In this document: positions 1 through 12,185 of the stretch, one piece after another | Position numbering within the stretch: position 1 is the stretch's first letter | How the letters are laid out: each line of letters starts with the position of its first letter | DNA from: Azolla caroliniana | Lineage: Eukaryota; Plantae; Polypodiophyta | Assembly: GCA_043228905.1 (NCBI GenBank) | Contig: JBHGNT010000017.1 | Coordinates: 13,826,001 to 13,890,000, forward strand | Direction of reading: 5' to 3' | Length of the DNA: 64,000 bases | Translations under genes and position numbers: made by a program | Notes under the pieces: generated by a model | The model's database searches: none | What the model saw: only the letters and a program-made list of their open reading frames with translations | What the model was told of the DNA's origin: nothing

Positions 1-502
1 GGCAACGGAAGACCCGATGAGAACCTCTCACTAGATGAAGGGACATATATGTAAATATGTTCCAGAGAGCCCACCGGGGCTATATTTGTAAATAACCTGA
101 AAGTCATATTAGTATAAATATGACCTAGGGTAAACTTGATTGGTTATGATGCAGAGTTGGTTGTGTGATTATCGTGGTGGCGATAATTCTGAGCGCAACT
201 GTGTACAGAGAGAGAGGACGAGGAAGAGGTTGTTGCCTCTGTTGTAACCGCCTGGTGGCGAAGCGAGGGAGCAAGAGGTCATTGCCTCTGTGCCCCATTG
301 TTGTAATCTTGATATAGTGATATTTTGCAGTCTAAGGGCTGCCGTGGTTTTTCCCAGATTTAGGTTTTCCACGTTAACATCTAGTGCACTCTCTTCTTTA
401 CTGTTTCGTGTGTAGATACATCTCACCACATCCCTGCTTTCTGTGCTTGATCCGACGTCTTGGTTGTGGCCGAACATAGCTTAGGAAACCGTATTCCTAT
501 CA
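1..502 (+). mobile_element. LTR (family A, Tork/Tnt1-like copia), 3' portion; left end outside window
   Basis: Shares ctatatttgtaaata...aagtcatattagtataaatatgac and gggctgccgtggtttttccc with LTRs at 35841-36620 and 51163-52116; ends ...cctatca at 502, next to the (AG)n tract of a family-B LTR. Confidence 0.8.
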
Positions 503-851
503 AGAGAGAGAGAGAGAGCAGAACATAAACTCTATTCAAAATAACACTCTGAAAACTCTGTACATACAACGTGCTAAACATCATTATTTATACAAATCCT
601 CAAAAGGACTGACAGAAGTACTATGTACTTTAATGCTCATACGAGCGACTAACACTAACTATGAGACAATGATTACCTAGTAGTCTAGGCTACTACTAGG
701 TTTTCGGTTCGCACTTGAATCTGGCTCTCCGATCCATCTCCCCGATCTGGCCGGTTGTTTCCAGATACTATCCGAATATCAATCTAGCTCGTCCTTTCGG
801 ATGCCTATCCGGCTCTCCGTTCCGGATCCGGTTGAGCTTGCTCGCTCATCA
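503..851 (-). mobile_element. LTR (copia family B), interrupted by the family-A LTR
   Basis: Near-identical to 33843-34323 and 58264-58676 (gcagaacataaactc...ttgagcttgctcgctca); no PPT next to 851, so it is a 5' or solo LTR. Confidence 0.85.
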
Positions 852-1980
852 GTTATAACACTGATACCTTCTGCTCATGGGAGTAACCGACTAGGATGCA
901 TTTCTCGGACTTCGGATCTAGCTTCTTCCGCTTCTCATCCGGTACATGCACATATGCTATGCTACCGAATATCCGAAGGTGCCTCAAATTCGGTTTCTGC
1001 CCGAAATACAACTCATGTGCTGACACCTTGTCTCCGATCCGGTTTTGGATGTAGACGGCTATCCCAACCACCTTAGCCCAGTAGAATTTGGGCATGCTCT
1101 TCTCCTCCAGCATTGCCCTTGTCGCATCGATAATCAACTGGTTCTTCCTGTCAGCCATACCGTTTTGTTCCAGTGTGTATCAACAGCTGAATTCTCTCTG
1201 AATTTTGTTCTGCTGCAAATAACTGTTGAATTGGCCAGAACAATATTCTTTTCCGCCATCCAACCATAGGCAGTTCATCTTCCTCTCGTTTCCCGTTCAA
1301 CTAAGCTTTGCATGTTCCGGAAACATTCGAAGACTTCACACTTTTGTTTGATGAGGTAAATCCATGTGTGACGGCTATAGTCGTCGATGAAGGAGACGAA
1401 ATACCGACTCCCACCAAGACTAACGTTTTGTGTCGGTCCCCATACATCTAAATGGATTAGATCGAGCTTGTTACGGCTCCGGTTTCGTTCGGTGGGAAAT
1501 GGAAGACGGTGTTGCTTCCCGAGTTGGCAGGCTTCACAAACTTGGGCCTTCCGACCACTAAATTTCGGCAAACCTAGCACAACATGTTTCAATTGGAGGT
1601 CCTGAAGCCTCCAATAATTGACGTAGCCTATCCGCTGGTGCCAGAGATCGATGTCTGATTCAGTCTTTTGTCCTTTGGCAAACATGGAGGTGCCGAAGTC
1701 ATTAGTGTTGAGGATGAACATCCTCCCTTCTCGGCGCCCTTGCGACGTCATTTGTCCGAATCCACGTGCTTCTTCCAGCACTCGCTTTCCCTGTGGCCTC
1801 TCTTGCCACAGTACTAACATTCTGTCTCGGCCTTTCCTTGCTGGTTCTTGGCACCGCTTTGACTCCCCCTGCTTGTGGAGGGTCCGGAACTGCTATTAGC
1901 ATTGTCTCTGTGCCTTCGGTCCTGCTCTTGCCGGCCGCCTCCATTGCGTGCCGACCCACCTCATCCTCCACGTCCACGGC
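852..1980 (-). pseudogene. Copia family-B internal fragment (Gag zinc knuckle, GAG-pre-integrase, integrase), protease deleted
   Basis: Translations show YCGKRGHRESECWKK, LWHQRIGY...CEACQLGK, YFVSFIDDYSR, EKCILVGYS; stops and frameshifts; deletion junction near 1745. Confidence 0.85.
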
Positions 1981-4465
1981 TGAATATGCTCTTCAAATTC
2001 GGGATGGCAGACTGTAAGTCCGTCTCGACTCCTCTGGATAGAACCGTCAAGCTTCGCCCCGAGTCTGGCAAGGTATGCGACCCGACGAGGTTCCGACAGA
2101 TAGTCGGCAGCCTCATATACTTGACCATCACCCGACCCGATCTCAGTTATCCGGTCGGGGTGATCAGTCAGTTCATGGTGCGACCTACCGAGGAGCACCT
2201 TCAGTGTGCGCAATGCGTACTGCGGTACGTAAGCGGCACTACGGACCGGGGACTGCTATATCGGACCGGTACAGCCCCACAGTTGGTCGGCTACACCGAT
2301 GCCGACTAGGCCGGCAACGTCGCCGATCGCCGATCCACGTTCGGATACGCGTTCTCTCTTGGGAGTGCCGTAATAGCGTGGAGTAGCAAGAAGCAAGAGT
2401 ATAGAGGAGTGGCTGTCGCGACATGCGAAGCCCTATGGTTGAAGCGGCTACTTAAGGATCTGCAGGTCGGGGTGTCCAATCCGACGACGATCTACTGCGA
2501 CAACCTCAGCAACATCCAGCTCACGAAGAACCCCATCTTCCACGCACGGACCAAGCACATTGAGGTGCACTACCATTTTGTCCGTGAGCGTGTCCTTTCT
2601 GGTGAAGTCGAACTTCAGTATGTTCCGATGGATCGGCAAACCGCCGACATCTTCACCAAGCCTCTTGGTCTGGACAAGTTGCGGCAATTCTCGAGTGTGC
2701 TTGGATTGCATCACCTCGACGTGCCAAACTTGAGGGGGAGAGACGTCTCGAATGACCATGGAAGGAAGCAAGAAAGGAGCGGAGAAGACCACGACGTTGA
2801 GTCGGATGACGAATTCGATTTCGGATCGACTGAAGAAACCGAGGGCGGATCCGCGAAAGAGTCCGAAAGTGGACATAAGGGGAGCGGCCGGAAGAAAAAG
2901 CCAAAGCCAACCAAGCATGGGGGAGATGATGTCATCAAGGGCGAGAAGACCGAAGACGAGTTGGAGATAGCCAACTTGGACGAGAGCGAAAACCGATCGG
3001 AGGTAGCTGAGTCGGTTCGAGTGTTTGATTCAGATACACTGAATCAACCGAGGGCCAAGCGGAAAAGAAGGCAGCAGGAGAAGTGACGGGAACTCCAACG
3101 TTCCTTATACACAACGCTCGGCCACAACCGAGCTTAGATTGACACACACAGGAAACGGGAAATAGAACACAACACAAAAAAAAAGGAAGAGGATATACAC
3201 AAGAGGTTTACGTGGAAAACCCCAAAGTGGGGAAAAACCACGGCAGCCCACAGGCTGCGAACTGTCACTATGTAAGAATTTACAAAACAGTGAGTTCACG
3301 GAGGCAACGACCTCAGACTCACGATCTTCGTCACAGGCGGCGGTTACAACAGAGGCAGCGACCTCTTTCTCTCTCTCTCTCTCTGTACATTGTTACATGC
3401 TCTCTCTTCTTCTTGCACCAACAAGAAAATGACAACACACACTAAAAGTTTGCCCTAAGTCATATTTATACTAATATGACTTTTCGGCTATTTACAAATA
3501 TAGCCTCGATGGGCTCTCAGAAACATATTTACGAATATGTCTCTTCCTCCGGTTCTCACCGGGTCTGCGTCATCCGGCTCTCCGTAGCCGGGTGCTCCTC
3601 ATCCGGTTCTCACCGGGCCTGCACCATCCGGCTCTCCATAGCCGAGTACTCCTCATCCGGTCTTCACCGGGTCTGTATCATCCGGCTCTCCATAGCCGGG
3701 TACTCCTCATCCAGTCTTCACCGGGTCTGTATCATCCGGCTCTCCGTAGCCGGGTTCTCATCATACCGTTTCGGCCTCGGCCGAGTTTGTTCGTCGGCAC
3801 TGTTCTTCTCCCTTCCCATCCGGAGGGACCTGTCTCCCAACAAGAAGCGCCAACATCGCGACAGCAAGGGAGCTATGAAGGGTCGTACTGACCGGAAGTG
3901 TCGAAGCGCACGGAGTCAAAAAGGCCGAGGAGCGCGAGCGAGGCGTGGAGCCAGGAGGAACCGGAGCGATGATCCGGAAGATCCCGAAGAGCCTCAAGTT
4001 GAGCTTGAGGGGGAGTGTTGAGAGACAAGCTCAACATCGGCCGAATCGGCTTAGCAAGCCGAGGACCGGATCGGTTGGGACCGATCAGTTAGGGCGGACC
4101 GATGCGTAAAACGGATGCGTAAACCGGTACGCAAACCGGTGCGTAGGAAGGTCGTATCGGTGCATAAACCGAAAGGCCGTTAGAAAGATATTCCTCATAA
4201 GGAATAATTTTGGGAGTAAGAGTCGAAACTCATTTATGAGCAGTCAAGTATTGTCAGTACTTGTGTCAACCCAATTGTCAAGGCTTGTATAAAAGTGCTC
4301 ACTGAGCACATCCTATGTACAGCTTGAGTATTAGTTTTTTGAATTAAGTTTTGTGTTTACTCTCTCTGTCTCTCCCGTGCGTACTGTGCAAACCTAAGCT
4401 CTCCATTAAACCTGCGTTTTCTGTTGTTCAGTTTTCTATATTGCTTCCGCACGCAATTCTTTTCA
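1981..4465 (+). mobile_element. Copia family-C 3' half (RT C-terminus, RNase H, tail, PPT, 3' LTR 4016-4465)
   Basis: GSLIYLTITRPD, YTDAD, HARTKHIEVHYHF motifs; PPT gagggggag at 4007-4015; LTR TGTTGAG...TTTCA resembles 37165-37518. Confidence 0.9.
3084..3842 (-). mobile_element. Solo LTR, family A
   Basis: TG...CA termini; 5-bp TSD AGAAG (3079-3083 and 3843-3847); homologous to the reverse complement of 35841-36620; four 54-bp internal repeats. Confidence 0.92.
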
Positions 4466-4799
4466 AATTTCCACACTGCCATCGATCTTAGGAGCAATAG
4501 ATTCAAACCCTTTAGACTCTGCAACATAAGAAAACACCAACATATTCAAACTCACAAAGTAACTAACAGTCTCGCAAAACAACATAATGAACATGAAATA
4601 TTTTCCATCATAGAAACATGAACATAATTATCTTGGAGAAACATCATAGAGTTCCATTACATAATGTGGATCAAGCAACAACCAATTTGAGTTTTTACTT
4701 GTCCAAATAGATCATAGTAAAACATCATAAAACCCAAGGAAAATCGCTAACAATCATATCCCACTAATAAGTATTTCGCTCCAATTCAAGAGCCCCTAG

Positions 4800-5292
4800 A
4801 CCGAGTAACTGGTCTTGTCCCCGATCGTGGCCCCTTCTTCACCCTTTTTCTAGTCGGTTGCCCATTTAGCCTTGCTTCTTTCACCCATTGCGCAAGTGTG
4901 TCCTCCTTAGACAACCTTTCCATAAATTGCCCAAGCTACCCTGTACATTTCAGGGTCACGAAATTCCTTCGTTGTTTTGCAATACTCGTATGCAAAAGCT
5001 CTGGCAAATGAAACTGACAACTCGTTGTTGACCGGGATCTCTTGATGTACTTTCTGGTGCAGTCTCATGCAGTCGTCGTACAGGTCCGGTCGTACATGCT
5101 TGAGCTTGAGCTTGCCTTTCATTCTAGGCACTTTATATACTGACATCCAGTCTACATCACTAATCAATCTATCAGTTAGAATAGCAGGGTCAATACCCTC
5201 AAGCGACAGACCATATATGTTGTGAAAGTCCTCCTTTGTCTCGCAAAATTTTGCAAAGTTCAACACTCTAGGATAGGGAGGAACGAGCCACC
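4800..5292 (-). other. Orphan exon-like coding fragment, possibly from a DNA transposon or a captured gene
   Basis: Acceptor tttcag at about 5293 followed by about 128 open codons (WLVPPYPRVLNFAKFCE...); family not recognised. Confidence 0.3.
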
Positions 5293-5610
5293 TGAAATAG
5301 AAAATCAGTAATCAGAATTGGTACAAAAATAGAATTTTAAATGTGAATTTGGTGCAATATTACAACACTTTGAGACAATAATCTGAAATTTGTAATCTGT
5401 TCTTTTCAACATGTATCAGAAATCAACCACTTAAAAAATCAGAAACCCTAATCAGAATTTGTCATGAGAATTGGTGCAAAATTACAACAGATTGCGACAA
5501 TAATCAAAAATTTGTAACCAGAAACTTGCAATCTGAAATTTGTAATCAGAAACCCTAAACCACTTAAGGGAAACACAAACCCTAATCATCACTAAAGGCA
5601 GAAATCAACC

Positions 5611-7570
5611 GTAGCGAAAGGCTACACACAAACGCACGGAGTTGACTACAAAGAGACCTTTGCCCCGGTGGCAAAGATGACGACGGTACGAACTGTAATT
5701 GCGCTTACCGCGGCAAAAGGGTGGCACCTCCATCAAATGGACGTCAAGAACGCCTTTCTACAAGGCGAATTAGAAGAGGAGGTGTACATGATCCAACCAC
5801 CCGGCTTCAACTGGAGCACCCATCCGAAAGTTGTTTGCCGACTCAAGAAGCCACTGTACAGCCTAAAGCAAGCACCGCGTGCTTAGCATTCGAAGATAAC
5901 GCAATATCTTCATCAAATCAGCTTCCGTATGTCAAAATCGGACAACTCCCTCTACATACAAAGTGATTCCGCAAGTCCGATCGTCATCATCTTATATGTG
6001 GATGACCTAGTCATTGGAGTTGAGCATCTCGTCGAAATCAATAAGGTCAAATCCCTCCTTTCCGACAAGTTCAAGATGACGGACATGAAGGAGCTCCACT
6101 ACTTTCTCGGCATCGAGGTAATTCGGACTCCGATCGGAATCATGATTTCTCAATGGCACTACATCCTCAACTTGTTATACAAGTTCGGTATGGCTGAGTG
6201 CAAATCCGCGGCAACCCCGCTCGATCGCAATCTCAAACTCGATGCGAACTCCGGCACCAAAGCGTGTGAGCCGACTCAGTATCGGCAACTCATCGGGAGT
6301 CTCATCTACCTCACGATCACTCGACCCGATCTCAGTTATCCAGTCGATCTCCTTAGCCAATTCATGCAAACACCGTGTGATACTCACTTGGATTGCGCTA
6401 AGCGAGTTCTACAATATGTGAGCGGCACAATGGATTGTGGCATCCTCTACAAGACCGCAATGCCAATACGACTCGAGGGGTACACAGACGCGATTGGGCC
6501 GGCTACAAAGCCGATAGAAGATCAACCTCCGGATTTGTTTTTTCCCTCAGCAGCGGAGCAATATCCTGGAGCAGCAAAAAGCAACCAACCGTCGCTCTTT
6601 CGAGCACAGAGGCGGAATACAAGGGCGCGACAGTGGCCGCCTATGAAGCCATATGGCTCAAAAGGATACTCAAGGATCTGGGCGTACCCATCAAGGATCC
6701 GACTTCCCTTTACTGCGACAACATGAGCAGTATTTATCTAGCTCAGAACCCTGTGTTCCATGCGCGGACAAAGCACATCGAAGTGCACTATCACTTCATC
6801 CGAGAGCGCGTTCTAGCTGGCAATGTCGACCTACAACACATTAGCACGAATCTTCAAACGACCGACATCTTCACTAAAGCTTTAGGAGCCGACAAGCTAT
6901 GGCAATTCATGATCGATCTCGAATTGACGATCCCTGACCTGCCAAGCTTGAGGGGGAGTACGCAAGACACTACGCAATAACGTGTGGATTCCGCAACCAC
7001 GCAACGAAGCCGCGAAGAGCTGATCTACCGCGCAAAGCCGCGAAGAAAGACGCAAGCCGAAGCACAGACTTCGCAACTACGCACAACGCAAGCTGGAGCA
7101 CGGATTCCGCAACTCCACATAAATGCGAGTCGACGTGGACTCCGGAACGCTAGTCGAAGCGGATTTCGGATACCGTTTGAAACCGACCCAACTTGAGCTT
7201 GAGGGGGCGTGTTGAGAATCAAGCTCAACTTGGTCTAGTGTGTGAACTCACCTTGAGAGTGAATAGACACTCCAACGGTCAAGAGTCACCATTATGTCAC
7301 CTCTTTGTATTCTAGCATTTAGTATGAGTCATAGAATCATATTCTATGACACATAACTTATGAGCTTTCACATTCCCCATGCTCCATGAGTCTTGTAGTT
7401 AATGAAGAGAGAGGGTGACTATATAAAGCACCCTCCTCTCACCTTGTAATGTAGTTGAGTCTTTCTCCTTTGTTAATATACTCTCTCTCTCTCTCTCTCC
7501 ATCTCATACACACACACACACACAGTTCACACCTATTCCGCTACACAAGAATCACCATTGATTCTTTACA
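5611..7570 (+). mobile_element. 5'-truncated copia (family D): RT/RNase H pseudogene, PPT, 3' LTR 7210-7570
   Basis: [33 protein letters not shown]; in-frame stop and frameshift; PPT gagggggcg then TGTTGAG...TTTACA. Confidence 0.9.
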
Positions 7571-8055
7571 CTCGTCAAGGACCTCTAGCTACATGATGCG
7601 ATTACCCAAATTCCACATCTCAATAGTCAGTTCTTCTACTATGGGTGAAAGTTTATGCTTATCCACTATTGTTGGGGCCATAATGACTCCATATATCACA
7701 ACCTCTTGCAAAATTGGCAAGAAGGCACATTAGTTTCCAATGGATCAAGATGAAGTTCAAACTCCTCACCACATCCTCAACACCACCTTGCGTCCCTTAT
7801 ATGTGAAAAGCGTCCAATATGTTATTGTTCCTCTTAAGAGTGTGCAAGAGCACTTATTGTTGTGCCATTTATGTGTGTATGTGATTGTACACACATATGT
7901 GTAAAGATATGCTTGTGGTTGTACGATTATTAGGATGTAAGATATTTTTGTGTATGTGTGTCATGTTGGTGTAAAGTGCTTCCCCTTCACCCCTAACGAG
8001 GTTCAATTCCTTGACCCTATTGTTCAAATATTCGATTCTTTCCATTTGAATTGCC

Positions 8056-8345
8056 TTTTGTTGTTCTTTTAATCTTCATTTGAATTCTTGTGCTTTATAT
8101 CTTTCTTGTTTAGGCCTTCATTATTAACATTAAGTGATTAAGAGTGATCCAATGAGCTTAAGCTCGCGTGGGTGTGTTTAGGCACTAGGTTTTAATCTTT
8201 TGTTGTTCTTTTAATCTTCATTTCAATTATCTTTTGTTGTGCTCTATCTACTTCTTGTTTAGGTCTTCCTTCATTATTAACATTAAGTGATTAAGAGTGA
8301 TCCAATGAGCTTCAGCTCATGTGGGTGTATTTATGCACTAGGTTT
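8056..8345. repeat. Diverged direct duplication, about 145-150 bp x2
   Basis: ttttgttgttctttt...cattaagtgattaagagtgatccaatgagctt occurs twice. Confidence 0.75.
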
Positions 8346-9010
8346 CGAGTTTTCTTAGTCGTTCTTGTTGTTTGCTCATTGGTTGAGGAGTGGCTTGACA
8401 TACCGCTCCTACTCATCACGCCAACAATAGAGTGAACATCATCCCTATCCTCGTAGATCTTGGCTTTAGGACAACTATGGGTAGCTAGAAGAACAAGTGG
8501 CGAGGACCAAACTTTTACACGTGTATCGATAAAAAAAGCCTTACAAAGAACGACACACCCCACCACCACCACCACCACCACAAAACCCCTAGGGTTTTGT
8601 TCTAGCTGGCAACTAGTCAAGAGGAACCCCAAGAACCCACCCACCCCCCCACCCCCCCACCCCCCGCCCCCCGCCAATGGGGTACCTCATGGGTGAAAAA
8701 AAGCTTCTTCCCGAGCAGAGCATCATACAAGACTTGTAGTTCGGGATTCGAATTTTCCGTATGTCGAGCAGGCAAGATCTTCTTCTGCGAAAGTGGCATC
8801 ACCTCACCTTGGGCAGGCAATGCTCATTTGTCCGGGGTAACGGGAGACACACACAAAACTTCAATGCCGTGGACACTCCCTCTCCCCAATTTTTGCCTCC
8901 AAAACTCTCTCATTTGAAATTCTCATAATATGCTCTAACATAATGTGTTAAAGAGGAACTGGCTGTAATCTTTTTTGTGTGTTAGTTTCTTCAGCAGAAT
9001 TTGGGGGGAG

Positions 9011-9019
9011 AAACCCTAA
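9011..9019 (+). promoter_or_regulatory. Telo-box (AAACCCTAA) upstream of the 9069 ATG
   Basis: Exact motif about 50 bp upstream of the start codon; function inferred only, and the motif is common in this window. Confidence 0.35.
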
Positions 9020-9068
9020 ATAGTCATATCTCTGTCTCCTTGGCCTTTCTCCTGCACGAAAGAAAGCC

Positions 9069-9650
9069 ATGGATCCTCGGAGCTTCTTGAGAGCCATCGA
9101 ATCACAGCACTTGCTGCAGACCAGCAGCCTCCATGGCATCCAAGGCCTCAACGGCCTCCTCAACAATCATCTTCTCCCTCTGCCTTCTTCTTCTTCAGAG
9201 GATCCATCCAACAACGCCGATCATCGTGCCCGTTCCCAGCGTCTCACTAAGCTTGCTCGCGAGGAATCCCTACTCGAGGCTCAGGTCATACAGATCATCC
9301 TCTCGGACGCCTGTGAAGAAACGCTCAGACCGAACTCTCGCCGATCCGTTTCTGTCGGTGGGCACAGTATATGTGTCGTCTTTCGTGATGATGTCGCCTC
9401 TGGTTATCGCATCTGGGAATGGCATGGCCATATCCTCATCTTCGATGACGAACGAGGATATACCCCGGAGTATATCTACGGAAACTTCTTTCAACTTTTG
9501 CAGACTTGTGTCAATATAAATGGATCTAGTAACAATGATAGTATCCTTAATGGCGTCGGTCTCAATGCTGTTATCCTGAATGGTGATTCTCAGAGCCATG
9601 AACAGGTTGTTCATCGTGCTGCTGCTTCTTCACAAGCAAAGAAGAAATAA
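9069..9650 (+). CDS. Intronless conserved plant protein of unknown function (193 aa)
   Basis: Good Kozak context (gccATGG) and an intact ORF; core HSICV...YRIWEWHGHILIFDDERGYTPEYIYGNFF resembles, from memory, an uncharacterised land-plant family. Confidence 0.8.
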   Translation: MDPRSFLRAIESQHLLQTSSLHGIQGLNGLLNNHLLPLPSSSSEDPSNNADHRARSQRLTKLAREESLLEAQVIQIILSDACEETLRPNSRRSVSVGGHSICVVFRDDVASGYRIWEWHGHILIFDDERGYTPEYIYGNFFQLLQTCVNINGSSNNDSILNGVGLNAVILNGDSQSHEQVVHRAAASSQAKKK

Positions 9651-10616
9651 CAATACAAATTCATGTGGTTTTCACATCCTCATTTCTTCTCTCTTCTGAC
9701 GATCATAGTGTATGTGACTGTATGGCTCTCCTTAGGGTCTGTGTTCCGGAAGTATTATCTCATTAGACTTTTAGCTACCCGTTTGTATGATGGTGATGAT
9801 GATAGCGATGATGATCTCAATGTGTTTTGCATAGATATTTATCTTGCAGATATGCCGCCATAAGCAATGGAACGTACACCATTTGTAAAGAATCATAACT
9901 TCGATGGTTGGCTATGGAGTTGCATCTACAACTATATATGTAGTGATGGGTTTCTGATTAACTGTAGCTGGTAATGGAAAAGGAAAACTGTTCAAATCTT
10001 TTGAATTTTCTGGTTTACTTTTGCATGGTATACAAGTTCGCAGAATCAATTATGGTAGAATTCAATCCTGTGATCATCTTTGTTTAATTATGCTAGAAGT
10101 TCAATATAATTCCTATATTCCGCTCCTCCTTTACAGTAAGAGAGAATGGTTGTTCCCATAATATCTTTTTGAATGTCTTTTTATTCTTCTGGACTAGTGC
10201 ACAGCATTTTTATGTCATGATGAACTTCAATCTCCATGCGTTTTTCATAGTTATGTATAAGCTTGTAGATCTATATCCATTGCAAAATAAAGGTTTCGGT
10301 GATGCATCTGGAATCATGAAAATTATGTTGTAGATCCACCAAAATAAAGATGTCAAGATTCACTGTGGAATTTTATGATTTAACAAGGAAGGAATAGCAG
10401 GGAAAAGGTTTTGATCTGTATCCTATAGTTCAGAAACATACAACGAGAATGACATACTAGAGCTTTACATAGATAAGAAAAAATTGTTTTATCTTTAAGT
10501 TGGTTCTCATGTTAGTTTCAGAATCATCTGAAGTTCCTTCTGTATATTCAATCAAAATACTCTAGAATTAATTTAGGTTTAGGGTTTCTTACAAAGGATA
10601 CCCTGTTTCAAACATA

Positions 10617-10744
10617 TTTGCAACCTGTTTCAATTGGTCTTTGTGTGCTTATATGACTTTCCACATTTCCTTTGCAACCTGTTTCAATTGGTCTTTGTGT
10701 GCTTATATGACTTTCCACATTTCCTTTGCAACCTGTTTCAATTG
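10617..10744. repeat. 54-bp tandem repeat (about 2.4 copies)
   Basis: tttgcaacctgtttcaattggtctttgtgtgcttatatgactttccacatttcc repeated exactly; core recurs near 10964. Confidence 0.9.
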
Positions 10745-12039
10745 CACAGAGCCCCTGCATCGCTACCTTCCTGATGGTTTTAACATATTCACAGGAATCA
10801 GTCATGATGCCCCACTGCATGTATTGTCCTATGGAAATGCGTTCTATACTGTCATACTATGTAATGGAGGCTTTACGCATCAATTCTCTACAGTATTGTA
10901 GCATGAAATATAAACAACACACGCACTTTGGCCTCCATGCTCATGAAGCTTTCTTGAAACATATTTGCAACCTGTTTCAATTGGTCTGTCAATTTAGTTA
11001 TCATCAATTGGTCCGTCAATTGGTGTCTGAATGGTGTTTCATTGACCCAGTTATCATGTATTAGTCTTGAGTTTTTAAAAATCATTATCATTCATTGATT
11101 TAGTAATATGATAATACATTTAAGTTTATTTTACATTTGACAACATAATCACTCAATTTTGTTAATCTTTGTATGTCCTCTTAAGGTAATGCATTCAAAG
11201 GCTAACAGATGCATTACCAGAATTCACTTGAATCCCTGCAATCCTAAAAACCCTAAAATTTCCTGTAAACTAAATCATTTTAAGGTTAACAGAAGTATCA
11301 CAGTAATTTAACATATCTGACCTTCTGTATTGCTTTGCAAGGCCTAAAGCCCTAAACCCTAAACTTCCGTCTAAAATTCCTTGCCATAATTCAACATATC
11401 TGCACGTCTGTATTTCCTTGCAATCCCTAAACCCTAAACTTCCATCTGAAGTAAGGCATTTGACGGCCAACTGAGGCATCACCAGAATTCATCAGATTAG
11501 TGTTTTTGTATTTCCTTTTAAGGTAAAACGTTGAAATGGTTAACAGATGCTGCCACAGCTCATATGTCAGGGCTTTTGTATTTTAAACAGCAACACAGTT
11601 TAATTTGTCAAGAACTTTTTTAAAGATATTTCCACAACTTACAATTTGCAATATGTATAATTAAGTTTGCGAGCATGCCATGCATTTTCTCTGTATTCAC
11701 ACCTTATTTACAAAGCAACTGAAATACACCAGACGTTATTCAGAAATTATGTGCAAACTAAACAAAACTTTACATTAGCAGATATTTATGAAAGCAACTG
11801 ATATACACCAGAATTTGCTCATAAATTATAAGCAAATTCAAGAAAAGTGAGCACTATGAGTTCTAGAATAATTGCCTCAATATAGTACACTAAGTAAATA
11901 TGATCAGTTTCAAGACGCACATTCCAGCTTTTCGCATTAATAGAGTTCTTACGTAAGTACTAGTGGATTCAAATAAACCAAAACTGTGTTGATATCGAAA
12001 AATGTATTGGCAAAATAATGCAGCAGGATACAATCATTC

Positions 12040-12185
12040 CTAAATGTGATTACGATGCTTCCTAATTTTTGCAATAAATAAGCCACTTGTGCTAGAGCAA
12101 AGGGGATCAAACCGCAGTGTATATGCCAAACGCCCAATTCGGCAAGGCCATTTGTATAGTTTCGCATCTTCAATCTCCACCAGCT
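12040..12185 (-). CDS. RNA m5C methyltransferase exon 8 (terminal)
   Basis: ELVEIED...WPC...TLRFDPLCSSTSGLFIAKIRKHRNHI*, in phase with exon 7; this frame is absent from the ORF track. Confidence 0.88.

Noticed and set aside
10617-10990. CRISPR-like repeat containing GTTTCAATTG
   Set aside because: The intervening sequences are identical (simple tandem duplication), there are no cas genes, and the context is eukaryotic.
11230-11460. Clustered aaaccctaaa motifs as interstitial telomere
   Set aside because: Isolated copies within diverged local duplications, not a tandem TTTAGGG tract.
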